Below are positions 1-8,009 of a stretch of DNA of 26,677 nt, piece after piece. A program made the translations under genes and the position numbers. How positions within the stretch are numbered: the first letter of the stretch is position 1; each line of letters starts with the position of its first letter. Location of the stretch: positions 114 through 26,790 of the forward strand of contig CAYVLA010000042.1 of the NCBI GenBank assembly GCA_964452145.1, given 5' to 3'. The DNA comes from Candidatus Hadarchaeota archaeon (GTDB lineage Archaea > CAYQAE01 > CAYVLA01). Under the pieces are notes generated by a model that worked only from the letters and a program-made list of their open reading frames with translations, was not told where the DNA came from and ran no database searches.

Positions 1-138
1 GCCTTTCCGCCCTGTTCGAGCATGGAGGGCAGACTTGTTGGAGCAACCTCAGCGACGGGTTCGTGCTTTGGGCCGGACGCTCATCCTCCGTTGTGCGCCC
101 CATGAGATAGTCACGCTGAGGATCGTCGGGGCCCCAGC

Positions 139-1242
139 TCATGACCGGGCCTTCGTACCGTAGTCGATGCCGTGTCTGTACATGGCAAGGATGTTCCGGT
201 CGGGCACCTCAGGACCGACTGAGCTCGAAGGAGAAAGGAAGAAGCCGCTCTCCTTGCCTGCCGCATCGATGCATCTCTCCACATCTCTTCTCACATCCCC
301 CACGGAGCCGAATGGCAGCGTGGACGAGACCGAGACGCTCCCCCACAGTATGAGCCTGTTCCCAGATCGGGCCTTCATAGCCGCCAGCTCCTCCAGCCTC
401 CTGTCAGTCTCGGCCTGGAAGCCCTGGAAACCATCGATTCCGCAGTCCAAGAGGTCGTCCAGAATGGGGAGTATGTTGCCGTCCGAGTGCCAGATGATCT
501 TGACCCCGGATCCCTTCAGGGGATGAAGGGCCCGCTTGAGGTTAGGGAAGTAGATCTCCCTCAGTAACTGGACGGGCACCATGGGGCCTCGGTTGTAGCA
601 GATATCTTCACCGAGATAGACGAAACGTGGTAGGCCCTCGCGACGCATGGCCCGGGAGGAGGCGATGTTCTTCAGCCTTCCGAGCTCGGCCGAGTAGCGG
701 AAGAGTCCCTCGACTTCGTCCGGATACTTCATCATCGCCAGGAAGTAGGGTCTGAATCCGTACTTGGAGTACCACATAAAGGCGCAGGATCCGCCTCCGT
801 GATAGGGTATCCAGAACATGTCTCCCATATCCCTCTGGCCGTCACGGACTGTTCGAAGGTACTCGGTGTATGCAGCATCGATGTCATAAGCCTTCCTCAC
901 TTGCGATGGAGAGGGAAGATTGTGAATGTCCTCGACGACCTCCTCGGGGGAGGTATAGATTCTCTGGACGGCTGGCTTGCTGAAGTTGGTGGCGTGGGTG
1001 GACTCCGTGCTATCGCTCTCCTTCTTGGGAAGGACGAACTGGACGATCATGTCCACCCCAAGCCTGTGGTAGGCCTCGATGGCTATTCGTCTGGGATCGC
1101 TCCAGAAAGGTCCCATTCCGGAGACCTTCTCCAAGAAGCTGGCCTTGGTGACGTAGCCCCCCGCCAAGGGCACCCGATCGTTCTCGCGAAGGTTGAGTTC
1201 GCGAAGGCTTCTCTCAACGCCTCCTGTTGTGTGCTGGCCCAC
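139..1242 (-). CDS. Uroporphyrinogen decarboxylase (URO-D/MtaA-like) family protein
   Basis: 367 aa ORF. C-terminal motifs GEDICYNRGPM..P...REIYFP, IIWHSDGN, LLDCGIDGFQ, LWGSVS..TLPFGS..DVRRDV and GFFLSPSS are typical of the URO-D superfamily TIM barrel. Confidence 0.8.
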   Translation of the reverse strand: MGQHTTGGVERSLRELNLRENDRVPLAGGYVTKASFLEKVSGMGPFWSDPRRIAIEAYHRLGVDMIVQFVLPKKESDSTESTHATNFSKPAVQRIYTSPEEVVEDIHNLPSPSQVRKAYDIDAAYTEYLRTVRDGQRDMGDMFWIPYHGGGSCAFMWYSKYGFRPYFLAMMKYPDEVEGLFRYSAELGRLKNIASSRAMRREGLPRFVYLGEDICYNRGPMVPVQLLREIYFPNLKRALHPLKGSGVKIIWHSDGNILPILDDLLDCGIDGFQGFQAETDRRLEELAAMKARSGNRLILWGSVSVSSTLPFGSVGDVRRDVERCIDAAGKESGFFLSPSSSVGPEVPDRNILAMYRHGIDYGTKARS

Positions 1243-1306
1243 GGCGGCACTCCTCTCCGATACATGAGTTAGGCGAGCTCATAAAGAGTTCCTGTCCAGC
1301 CCACGG

Positions 1307-1480
1307 ATGGCCCACAGCAGAGCACTCTGTCTGTCCGAGGGAATGACATTGGTCATCGGTTGACTCGCCGCAGTAAGCCTGTATGGTCGAGCGTTGAGTT
1401 GCCATGCCGAAGCCTTCATGATCCACTCAGAGGATCTGGTGGGGTACAGGCCGGACTCTGATCTTGAGAACGGAGGGCTA
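1307..1480 (+). pseudogene. Possible decayed nucleotidyltransferase-like gene fragment
   Basis: The frame from ATG 1307 reads MAHSRALCLSEGMTLVIG*LAAVSLYGRALSCHAEAFMI, resembling the VIGG.A..L.GR.R.T.D.DF motif of nucleotidyltransferases. It has an in-frame TGA at 1361 and no DxD. Confidence 0.25.
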
Positions 1481-1581
1481 GTCATGCATGCTATTCGACG
1501 TGAATCACGGTTCTTGGCAGTTCCGTCGGGCAGTGCTCAGCATCGGCACCGTTGTGGCGGCCGACTCACATTCTCCACATT

Positions 1582-2190
1582 TCAGGCCAATACATATGCC
1601 AGGACAGATGCAAGGAGGTTGGCCAGTGCATGGCACGTGATGCATCCCAGCAGGTTTCTCGTCTTCAAGAAGACCAGGCCCGTCGCAAGCCCGAGGACGA
1701 CGACGCCTGCCATGCGAAGGGCCATGCCTTGCGCCACGAAGTGCCAGTGCACCCCAGCGAAGAAGGCGGTCTGCAGTAGGTTTGCCGTCAGGGGCCGTCT
1801 CAGGATTTTAAGACCAACCTGAGACAGGAAGAAGCCCCTGTAGGTCACCTCTTCGTAGATGGGGAACCATATGACATCCCTGAGCAAGCTCGCCGGTCTC
1901 CAGCTCGTCTCCCATCCGCCGTATAGCAGATAAACCGCAAGCCACACCACAATCACGGGTCCGAGCGCAAGAATGCCCAGTTCATTCGATCTGGTGCTCG
2001 CTTCTCGTCTCAGACCAAGGCCGGACAGACCTTTAGGGTCCCAGAGATAGGCGTACAGCAGTGGAACGAGAATCAAGGGATAGAAAGTTCCGTTGATCCA
2101 AAGGGCGATGAAGATCAGGATGGGAATGGCTGGACCTCTGAACTGGCGGACAGGATGCCTCAAGTCGGACCGTCTGCCTTCAAGTACCAA
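1582..2190 (-). CDS. CPBP (CAAX prenyl protease-like/Abi) intramembrane metalloprotease
   Basis: Multiple hydrophobic helices with EEVTYRG, FAGVH and HALAN motifs (EExxxR, FxxxH, HxxxN). Confidence 0.85.
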   Translation of the reverse strand: MVLEGRRSDLRHPVRQFRGPAIPILIFIALWINGTFYPLILVPLLYAYLWDPKGLSGLGLRREASTRSNELGILALGPVIVVWLAVYLLYGGWETSWRPASLLRDVIWFPIYEEVTYRGFFLSQVGLKILRRPLTANLLQTAFFAGVHWHFVAQGMALRMAGVVVLGLATGLVFLKTRNLLGCITCHALANLLASVLAYVLA

Positions 2191-2220
2191 CCTGAGAACG
2201 ACTAGACCTCTAATAGTTAA

Positions 2221-2244
2221 GGGTCATGGGTCATGGGTCATGGG
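2221..2244. repeat. Short tandem repeat (GGGTCAT)x3.4
   Basis: GGGTCAT GGGTCAT GGGTCAT GGG read directly from the sequence. Confidence 0.85.
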
Positions 2245-2698
2245 AGCACATAGGCCGATGGCGTGAGCGCACCCCGCAGCCGGGTTGGCAACAAGATGCA
2301 AACGCATAGGAAGATGGCAATGCAACATCTACGTGGCAGGAAGTGGGAGGCAGAAGCGGAGGGGAGAGGGCGATGCAAGGTGAGGAGAGGCTCACCATTT
2401 CGAAGCCGCCCCGCATCTTCTTCGGGGTTCTCTCGATTCTCAACATCTTTCCGGTGACGGCAGTCATCACACTTCATATTGGCCCGAATCACAATCGAGG
2501 AAGGTGGACTGGCCATCCTCGAGAACGAGGAGCCCACTGCGAGAGCTGAAAGGACAACTCCGGTCCATCTGGTCAAACCTTCGGTCATTTTCGTTACTGG
2601 TCTTCTCCCCTTACTGTCGCTGCGTGCTTTCCACTAAAGCCCGATTCGGCTGGAAGGACCTGCATCGACAGCAACGAGGAGCGCATTGCCATCTACTG

Positions 2699-2727
2699 CA
2701 GAAACCAGAAACCCAGAAACCAGAAAC
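2699..2727. repeat. Short tandem repeat (CAGAAAC)x4
   Basis: CAGAAAC CAGAAAC C CAGAAAC CAGAAAC, just upstream of a TATA-like box. Confidence 0.85.
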
Positions 2728-2741
2728 CGATAGATTTAAGA
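2728..2741 (+). promoter_or_regulatory. Putative archaeal TATA box for the amidohydrolase gene
   Basis: ATTTAAG at 2734-2740, about 42 nt upstream of GTG 2782, with an AGGTG SD-like element in between. Confidence 0.5.
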
Positions 2742-2781
2742 AAGCAAGGCAAGGCTGCCCGGTGGCAGGTGCTTCAGTCTA

Positions 2782-3636
2782 GTGGCCACCACCGCCAGGG
2801 ACCTCCGTTTCATCGATGTGCACACCCACATAGGTGAGATTGCTCCGGGTAGAGGACAGACTGCCCGTGAACTCGTGAAGAGGATGGATCGCGAGGGCAT
2901 TCGTCGTGCGGTGGTTCTCTCCATCGAGAATCCGGAGGAGACATACTACTACGTCCTCAGCAAGCAGGTTCTGGCGGACTGCAGCAGACACGCCAAGAGG
3001 CTCATTCCCTTTTGCTGTGTCGACCCCAGGAGGGGAAGGGCGGATACTTCGACCGACTTCCTTGGGCTCATAGAGAGATACGTGAGGAAGGGTGCAAAGG
3101 GGTTCGGTGAATACCTTGCGGGACTTCCCATCGACGATCCCAGATCAATGAAGATCTACGAGGCCTGCGGGTACCTTGGGATACCGGTGCTGCTTCATAT
3201 GGACAACCTCAGAAACATCGATGCCCCGGGGTTGCCTGGCCTCGAGAAGGTCCTCCGTGCCATGCCCCAGACGGCATTCCTAGTCCATGGCCCCGGGTTC
3301 TGGCGGGAGATATCGTCGGATTTTGACTCAGCCGTCACCTATCCGAATGGGCCCGTCAAGGAGGGCGGGCGAGCCAAGGAGCTGCTCTCCAAGTTTTCCA
3401 ACCTTTACGGCGATCTATCGGCCCGCTCCGGGTTCAACGCTCTCGATAGAGACTTGGAACATGCGAAGGATTTCCTTACCGAGTACTCGGACAGACTCAT
3501 GTTCGGCACCGACTGCATAGACCCTAAGCAGGAACTCCCCATCATCGAATTGATCGTGAATGTGGACATCCCATCCAAACACAAACGCAGGATCTCACAC
3601 GAAAACGCTGCCAGGCTCCTAGGCGTGTGTCCGTGA
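2782..3636 (+). CDS. Amidohydrolase family protein (Amidohydro_2-like)
   Basis: IDVHTH (HxH), KGFGE, PVLLH, LVHGP, YGDLSA, FGTD and C-terminal ENAARLL motifs. Confidence 0.85.
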   Translation: MATTARDLRFIDVHTHIGEIAPGRGQTARELVKRMDREGIRRAVVLSIENPEETYYYVLSKQVLADCSRHAKRLIPFCCVDPRRGRADTSTDFLGLIERYVRKGAKGFGEYLAGLPIDDPRSMKIYEACGYLGIPVLLHMDNLRNIDAPGLPGLEKVLRAMPQTAFLVHGPGFWREISSDFDSAVTYPNGPVKEGGRAKELLSKFSNLYGDLSARSGFNALDRDLEHAKDFLTEYSDRLMFGTDCIDPKQELPIIELIVNVDIPSKHKRRISHENAARLLGVCP

Positions 3637-3754
3637 TTGAGCAGATTCACTGCCTTGTGGGGCGTGGCATATACGAATAGGGGTTCGGAGTTGAGCACCG
3701 AGAAGCGGCCCGGAAAGACTTTTCTTCTGACCTCTTGACAGATCGCGGATCGCT

Positions 3755-4090
3755 ATGACAGAGTTCAGTCCGGACAGAGAGGAGTTTGACAAGATCCTCA
3801 AGGACACCAAGGAAGGCGGGCCCAGAGAGGCCGGCAGGTTCTTGGCAAAGGTCTATGTGCAGGAAATGGAGCTTGATGATTTCAAGGCGCAGCCAACGGG
3901 CGATCTCCCGGCTCCGGTGAACGACTGGCTTACGAGGATCACGCTCGATAAGGGGATTGGCAAGCAGGTTCGCAGCGGCTTTCGTTCCAGGATGTCCGAC
4001 CTCCTCGACAGCCTGGAGAGGTCCAGAAACTGGGAAGGTTTTGAGGGCCGGTCGGAAGCCGAGCGGTGGAAGGAGATCAGGAAGGGCTGA
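3755..4090 (+). CDS. Hypothetical protein (111 aa, charged, helical)
   Basis: ATG start, fills the gap between flanking genes, protein-like composition, T-rich element about 30 nt upstream. Confidence 0.65.
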   Translation: MTEFSPDREEFDKILKDTKEGGPREAGRFLAKVYVQEMELDDFKAQPTGDLPAPVNDWLTRITLDKGIGKQVRSGFRSRMSDLLDSLERSRNWEGFEGRSEAERWKEIRKG

Positions 4091-4111
4091 TCGCCAGGCT
4101 GTTGCGGGTTT

Positions 4112-4948
4112 TCACAGGGTCCTCTGTTCGCCGCGACCTGTATCCCCGCGGGGCTGCACGAGCTTGGGCGAAACCCCCATCATCTCCAGCATCATCTTCG
4201 CGTTTGCCGGGGCCTGCCCGCTGGGGTGGTTGTTAAAGTACACATATATCGTCTTCGTTGCCCGCTCCTGCATCCCGTCTATCTTGGGCTTCCACTCCAT
4301 GAGCTCATCCTTTGTGTACAGATAGTCGTAGCGTTCGCTTCCCTCGCCCGAGTACCACTTCTTGTAGTTGAGGCCGTGGAATCTGACGTAGGCGTGGTCA
4401 GCCGTCACAACGGGCTCCGGCGGGATGAGGCCTTTGAACTGGGGCTGGCTGACGACGCAGAAGGCAACGTTGTAGGTTTCAAGGAGCTTGAAGGTCTTGT
4501 CGTCGAACCATGAGCGGTCCCGGAACTCGGCCGTGAAGTGCACGTCCTCGTGCAGGATGGAAAGGAAGTCCTCGAGAAGAGCGTAGTTGGCTTCGGAGGC
4601 CTTGAACCTCTGGGGCATCTGGATCAGGATGGAGCCGATCTTGGCCCTCAGTGGCAGCATGGCGGTCATGTACTGATGGTAGATGGGTGCTACCGAGCGC
4701 ATCTCCTTCTCGTGGGTCACGCCTTGGTGCATCTTGGCCGAGAATAGGAAATCCGGTGGAGATTTCTTTGCCCAGCTTCTCACCATCCACTCATTCGGCA
4801 CCCTGTAGAACGTGCTGTTGATCTCAACGGTGTCGAAGCTCTCCGAGTATCTTTCAAACATGCTCCCCGGCTCCGTGCCCTTCGGATAGAAGGGCCCCAC
4901 CCAGTCTTGGTACGACCAACCGCTGCAGCCTATCCTTACCTCCGCCAT
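4112..4948 (-). CDS. DUF72 domain-containing protein
   Basis: IGCSGWSY..W.G.FYP, VEINSTFY, AEFR..SW, YVRFHG and YFNNH motifs. Confidence 0.92.
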   Translation of the reverse strand: MAEVRIGCSGWSYQDWVGPFYPKGTEPGSMFERYSESFDTVEINSTFYRVPNEWMVRSWAKKSPPDFLFSAKMHQGVTHEKEMRSVAPIYHQYMTAMLPLRAKIGSILIQMPQRFKASEANYALLEDFLSILHEDVHFTAEFRDRSWFDDKTFKLLETYNVAFCVVSQPQFKGLIPPEPVVTADHAYVRFHGLNYKKWYSGEGSERYDYLYTKDELMEWKPKIDGMQERATKTIYVYFNNHPSGQAPANAKMMLEMMGVSPKLVQPRGDTGRGEQRTL

Positions 4949-4976
4949 CTCGCTCTGCGAGTACTGGCGAAGGTGG

Positions 4977-4986
4977 GATATAAATC
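4977..4986 (-). promoter_or_regulatory. TATA box of the DUF72 gene (likely leaderless or short-leader transcript)
   Basis: TTTATAT on the minus strand 30-36 nt upstream of ATG 4948. Confidence 0.6.
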
Positions 4987-5012
4987 AGACTCCAATGCGG
5001 CACGGTACCCGG

Positions 5013-6569
5013 TCACCTGATGGCCTGAGGAGACGGAGGAAGCAGGTAGGCGGAGAAGTACCGCCCATCGAAGATTAGACGGGCCCTGGCTTTGAGCCGA
5101 TCCGGAAGCGGGGGCTGGACAGGTTGAGGACCTGGCTGTATGCCGGGGGGAAGTGGGCTGTCTCCGATCGGGGCGCGCCTCTTGCTGACTATGAGGAGAA
5201 GCTCACCTTGGGAGTAGTCCTCCTCGTCGACGTAGACGCTTCTCACGATCTTCCTATGCAGAACAGCTTCATACCAGTAGGCCTGTCCAACGTTCCCAAC
5301 GATGGCGCAATTCTCCGGGATGAAGGACCGCATTCGGACCAGTTCAAGATACTCCGGCTCCGAGATCGTCGTCCGAGCCTGCCTAGCGGCGGCGAATGCC
5401 TCGACAAATGATATCGCCAAGACGAGTACTAGGACGAATAGCGAGATGAGACAGGGAAGCTTCCTTCTGATGGTCGCCAGCCCGTACCCAATTGCCAGAC
5501 AGAGTGGGACAAACGATGCCAGCGCGAATCGCCACACAAGCTCATGCGATATCGTGGGCTGAACGAACCCAAGCCATGAGAGATATGTCGAGAGGATGAA
5601 GAGTTCTCCCGGCACGTTCTTGCCGTTCCATGCCGCCCACAGAAGAGCGACCACAGCCACAAGAGCCGGAAAGCCAAACCACTTGACCGGGCCTAGATTG
5701 GTCAACACGAAGCGAATCATGGGATATGCCGGTTGCTCCCGATCGGGCATGAACCTAGGAACCTCTGATTCATCCCGGAGCAGGTTGCTGAGGAACTGCA
5801 GCTTGTAGACTTTGTAGAACGAGGCCGGAAAGAGCAGTGAAAGGACAACGAGCGCACAACCGCCGATTGCGGCGGCTACTGCCAACAGTCTCAGGGCCCT
5901 TCGGGCCATCTGCCTGTCTCGGAGAAGAGCAACTGCCAGGTACGAAAGGATGAAGAGCACGGTCATCCCCGTCGCCATGATGTGGGTTGTCCATATGGCC
6001 AGGAACACTAGGACGAGGAGAGTCAGAAGTCTCCACTGCTTCCTGATGCCGTCGATGGAGATGAATCTGAAGAGGAACGCGAAGAAGACCAGCATCAACA
6101 AGAGCCCCACTTCGTTCTTGTAGAGATTGTAGGTCATCGTGAAGAGGTACGGGTTGAAGACGCTGACAAAGGCCGAGCATAAGGCCGCCGTCTGATTGCC
6201 TGTGATGCGCCTCATCAAGCAGAAGGCTGGCACGCAGAACAGGCCCGTGGCGATCGACATTCCCACTTTGAGGGCTCTGATGGTGTCCCCGACAAGGTAT
6301 CTCCACAGAATCAGGTAGTAGAAAGTAAGGGGGCTATCCTTGTGGAGCATCTTGCCCGTGTCGACCAGGTGATCTATCTGGCTGACGTAGTACGGTCCGT
6401 CTATCCCGTTGACAAGATAGGGGGACTTGGCGGTGTGCGCCATCCTGACCGAGAAACCCAGAAGTGCCACTAGGAAGAGGATGACGAGGTTCCTGTTCTC
6501 CTCGCGCAACGCTCCCCAAGTTCGGCATATGATGCCTCGATGGCTGGTCTGAGGGGAGGCGGATGCCAA
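5013..6569 (-). CDS. Multi-pass membrane protein, GT-C-fold (PMT/STT3-like) glycosyltransferase candidate
   Basis: About 10-12 hydrophobic segments, a DGPYY motif in the first external loop after TM1, and a soluble C-terminal domain, matching GT-C architecture. TTG start uncertain. Confidence 0.6.
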   Translation of the reverse strand: MASASPQTSHRGIICRTWGALREENRNLVILFLVALLGFSVRMAHTAKSPYLVNGIDGPYYVSQIDHLVDTGKMLHKDSPLTFYYLILWRYLVGDTIRALKVGMSIATGLFCVPAFCLMRRITGNQTAALCSAFVSVFNPYLFTMTYNLYKNEVGLLLMLVFFAFLFRFISIDGIRKQWRLLTLLVLVFLAIWTTHIMATGMTVLFILSYLAVALLRDRQMARRALRLLAVAAAIGGCALVVLSLLFPASFYKVYKLQFLSNLLRDESEVPRFMPDREQPAYPMIRFVLTNLGPVKWFGFPALVAVVALLWAAWNGKNVPGELFILSTYLSWLGFVQPTISHELVWRFALASFVPLCLAIGYGLATIRRKLPCLISLFVLVLVLAISFVEAFAAARQARTTISEPEYLELVRMRSFIPENCAIVGNVGQAYWYEAVLHRKIVRSVYVDEEDYSQGELLLIVSKRRAPIGDSPLPPGIQPGPQPVQPPLPDRLKARARLIFDGRYFSAYLLPPSPQAIR

Positions 6570-6705
6570 GGTAACCTATCCGGCGCGGATTCCGTGGTGC
6601 CGCTTATATCTGCTTTTTCCGAGCTGCCCAGTAGGGTCGCGTGTTCTCGAGCTTGTTAGGGGGGTCGTGCCATTTTTCAACTTCGAACTGGCCCAGGCTC
6701 AGCAG

Positions 6706-6797
6706 GCGGCCGTAGTCTAGTCTGGTTAGGACATTGGCCTTCCATGGCGTTCTGCCGAGGCTAGCCAACAACCCGGGTCCAAATCCCGGCGGCCGCA
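6706..6797 (+). tRNA. tRNA-Gly(TCC) with an 18-nt intron (6745-6762) at canonical position 37/38
   Basis: Acceptor stem GCGGCCG/CGGCCGC, D-stem GTCT/GGAC, anticodon stem TTGGC/GCCAA with anticodon TCC at 6741-6743, T-stem CCGGG/CCCGG, discriminator A6797. CCA is not encoded. The intron forms a bulge-helix-bulge. Confidence 0.95.
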
Positions 6798-6889
6798 CAC
6801 TCACGGTTTATGACGATGACTACCCTTCTTGGATGTTAGCGCGGAGAGACGGAAAGCTTATTCTGTATGAACGGGGTAGTCCTAGGCTG

Positions 6890-7333
6890 GTGAGCGTTGT
6901 GAGGATCACGAGCTCGGCCTTTGAGCATGGGGGCACGATCCCCGCAAGGTACACCTGCGATGGGAAGGACACCTCACCGCCTCTCCGTCTCGAGGACGTC
7001 CCGCCACGGACCGCGAGCTTGGCGCTTATTATGGACGATCCCGATGCGCCGATGGGTACATTCGTCCACTGGGTCGTGTGGAACATCCCACCAGCTGCTG
7101 CCGGGGTCCCGGAAGGGAGGGAACCGGCCGGTGTTCTGGGAAGAAACGACTTCGGAAGGAAAGGTTACGGAGGACCATGTCCACCCCGGGGCACGCACAG
7201 GTACTTCTTCAAGCTCTATGCATTGGACGCCAGGCTGGATCTGCCGGAGAATTCCGGAAAGAACGAGCTAGAGATAGCCATGAAGGGCCACGTCGTCGAT
7301 CAGGCAGTCCTCATCGGCAGGTACAGTAGGTGA
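6890..7333 (+). CDS. YbhB/YbcL family (PEBP, Raf kinase inhibitor-like) protein
   Basis: ITSSAF..GG.IP..YTCDG, LIMDDPDAP..TFVHWV and GYGGPCPP.GTHRYFF motifs. Start reassigned to GTG 6890 because the track start (6734) lies inside the tRNA. Confidence 0.92.
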   Translation: MSVVRITSSAFEHGGTIPARYTCDGKDTSPPLRLEDVPPRTASLALIMDDPDAPMGTFVHWVVWNIPPAAAGVPEGREPAGVLGRNDFGRKGYGGPCPPRGTHRYFFKLYALDARLDLPENSGKNELEIAMKGHVVDQAVLIGRYSR

Positions 7334-7340
7334 AATTACG

Positions 7341-7922
7341 TTGGGCGGAAAGAGACGAGAAACCCTCTACTTCGAAACCGGCGGCGAGGGTGCGACCGAT
7401 GAGACTCTCGAAGCCGCCGTCAGGAGGGCGGCGGAGTTGGGCATCTCGTGTCTAGTCGTCGCATCGAGCTCGGGTTCGACTGCGTTGGCGCTGGCAAACA
7501 AGATTCAAGCCAGCGGACTGAAGGCAACCGTTGTGGCCGTGACTTATCATGCCGGATACGATCAGCCGGATTGGGTGAGCATCGACGGGGCGACCATGAA
7601 GGAGCTTGAATCGAAAGGGGTAAGGGTCGTGTTGGCTACCCATGCTTTGAGCGGCGTTTCGAGATCGTTCAGCAGCAAGTTTGGAGGCATCAGCATACCC
7701 GAGGTCATAGCAGAAGCATATAGGAGGATATCCCAAGGATTCAAGGTGGCCGTGGAATGCTCGATCATGGCTGCTGATTGCGGCAGCGTCTCGACCCAGC
7801 AGGACGTTGTGGCAATTGGAGGAAGCGACAAGGGGGCGGACACGGCATTGGTGATCCGCCCGGCAAACATGAGCCGGTTCTTCGATCTGAAGATCCGGGA
7901 GATCATCGCCATGCCTAGATAG
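7341..7922 (+). CDS. Pyruvate kinase C-terminal alpha/beta-like domain protein (COG1751/MTH1675-like)
   Basis: YFE..G...T.ETL, VVASSSG.TA, VTYHAG, HALSGV.RS, QGFKVAVE...MAADCG, GADTA and EII.MPR motifs. Starts 7 nt after the PEBP gene. Confidence 0.85.
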   Translation: MGGKRRETLYFETGGEGATDETLEAAVRRAAELGISCLVVASSSGSTALALANKIQASGLKATVVAVTYHAGYDQPDWVSIDGATMKELESKGVRVVLATHALSGVSRSFSSKFGGISIPEVIAEAYRRISQGFKVAVECSIMAADCGSVSTQQDVVAIGGSDKGADTALVIRPANMSRFFDLKIREIIAMPR

Positions 7923-8009
7923 CTGACAGGACTCTCCGCCATGCTCCGGAGAGATATAAGAGCCCTCAGCCAGTCTCCTTGGAACCAACCTTTCAGCGGG
8001 AGGTTTTTC

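Noticed and set aside
1361..1363. In-frame TGA as selenocysteine
   Set aside because: The position corresponds to Gly rather than Cys in the suspected motif, and I recognised no SECIS element.
2221..2727. CRISPR array
   Set aside because: The repeats are 7-mers without spacers and no cas genes are present.
6770..6800. tRNA 3' end as an integration (att) site
   Set aside because: I saw no duplicate of the tRNA 3' end and no integrase in the window.
6734..6889. N-terminal extension of the PEBP ORF given in the track
   Set aside because: It overlaps the tRNA-Gly gene. Family similarity begins near 6890 and a TATA-like element lies at about 6857.
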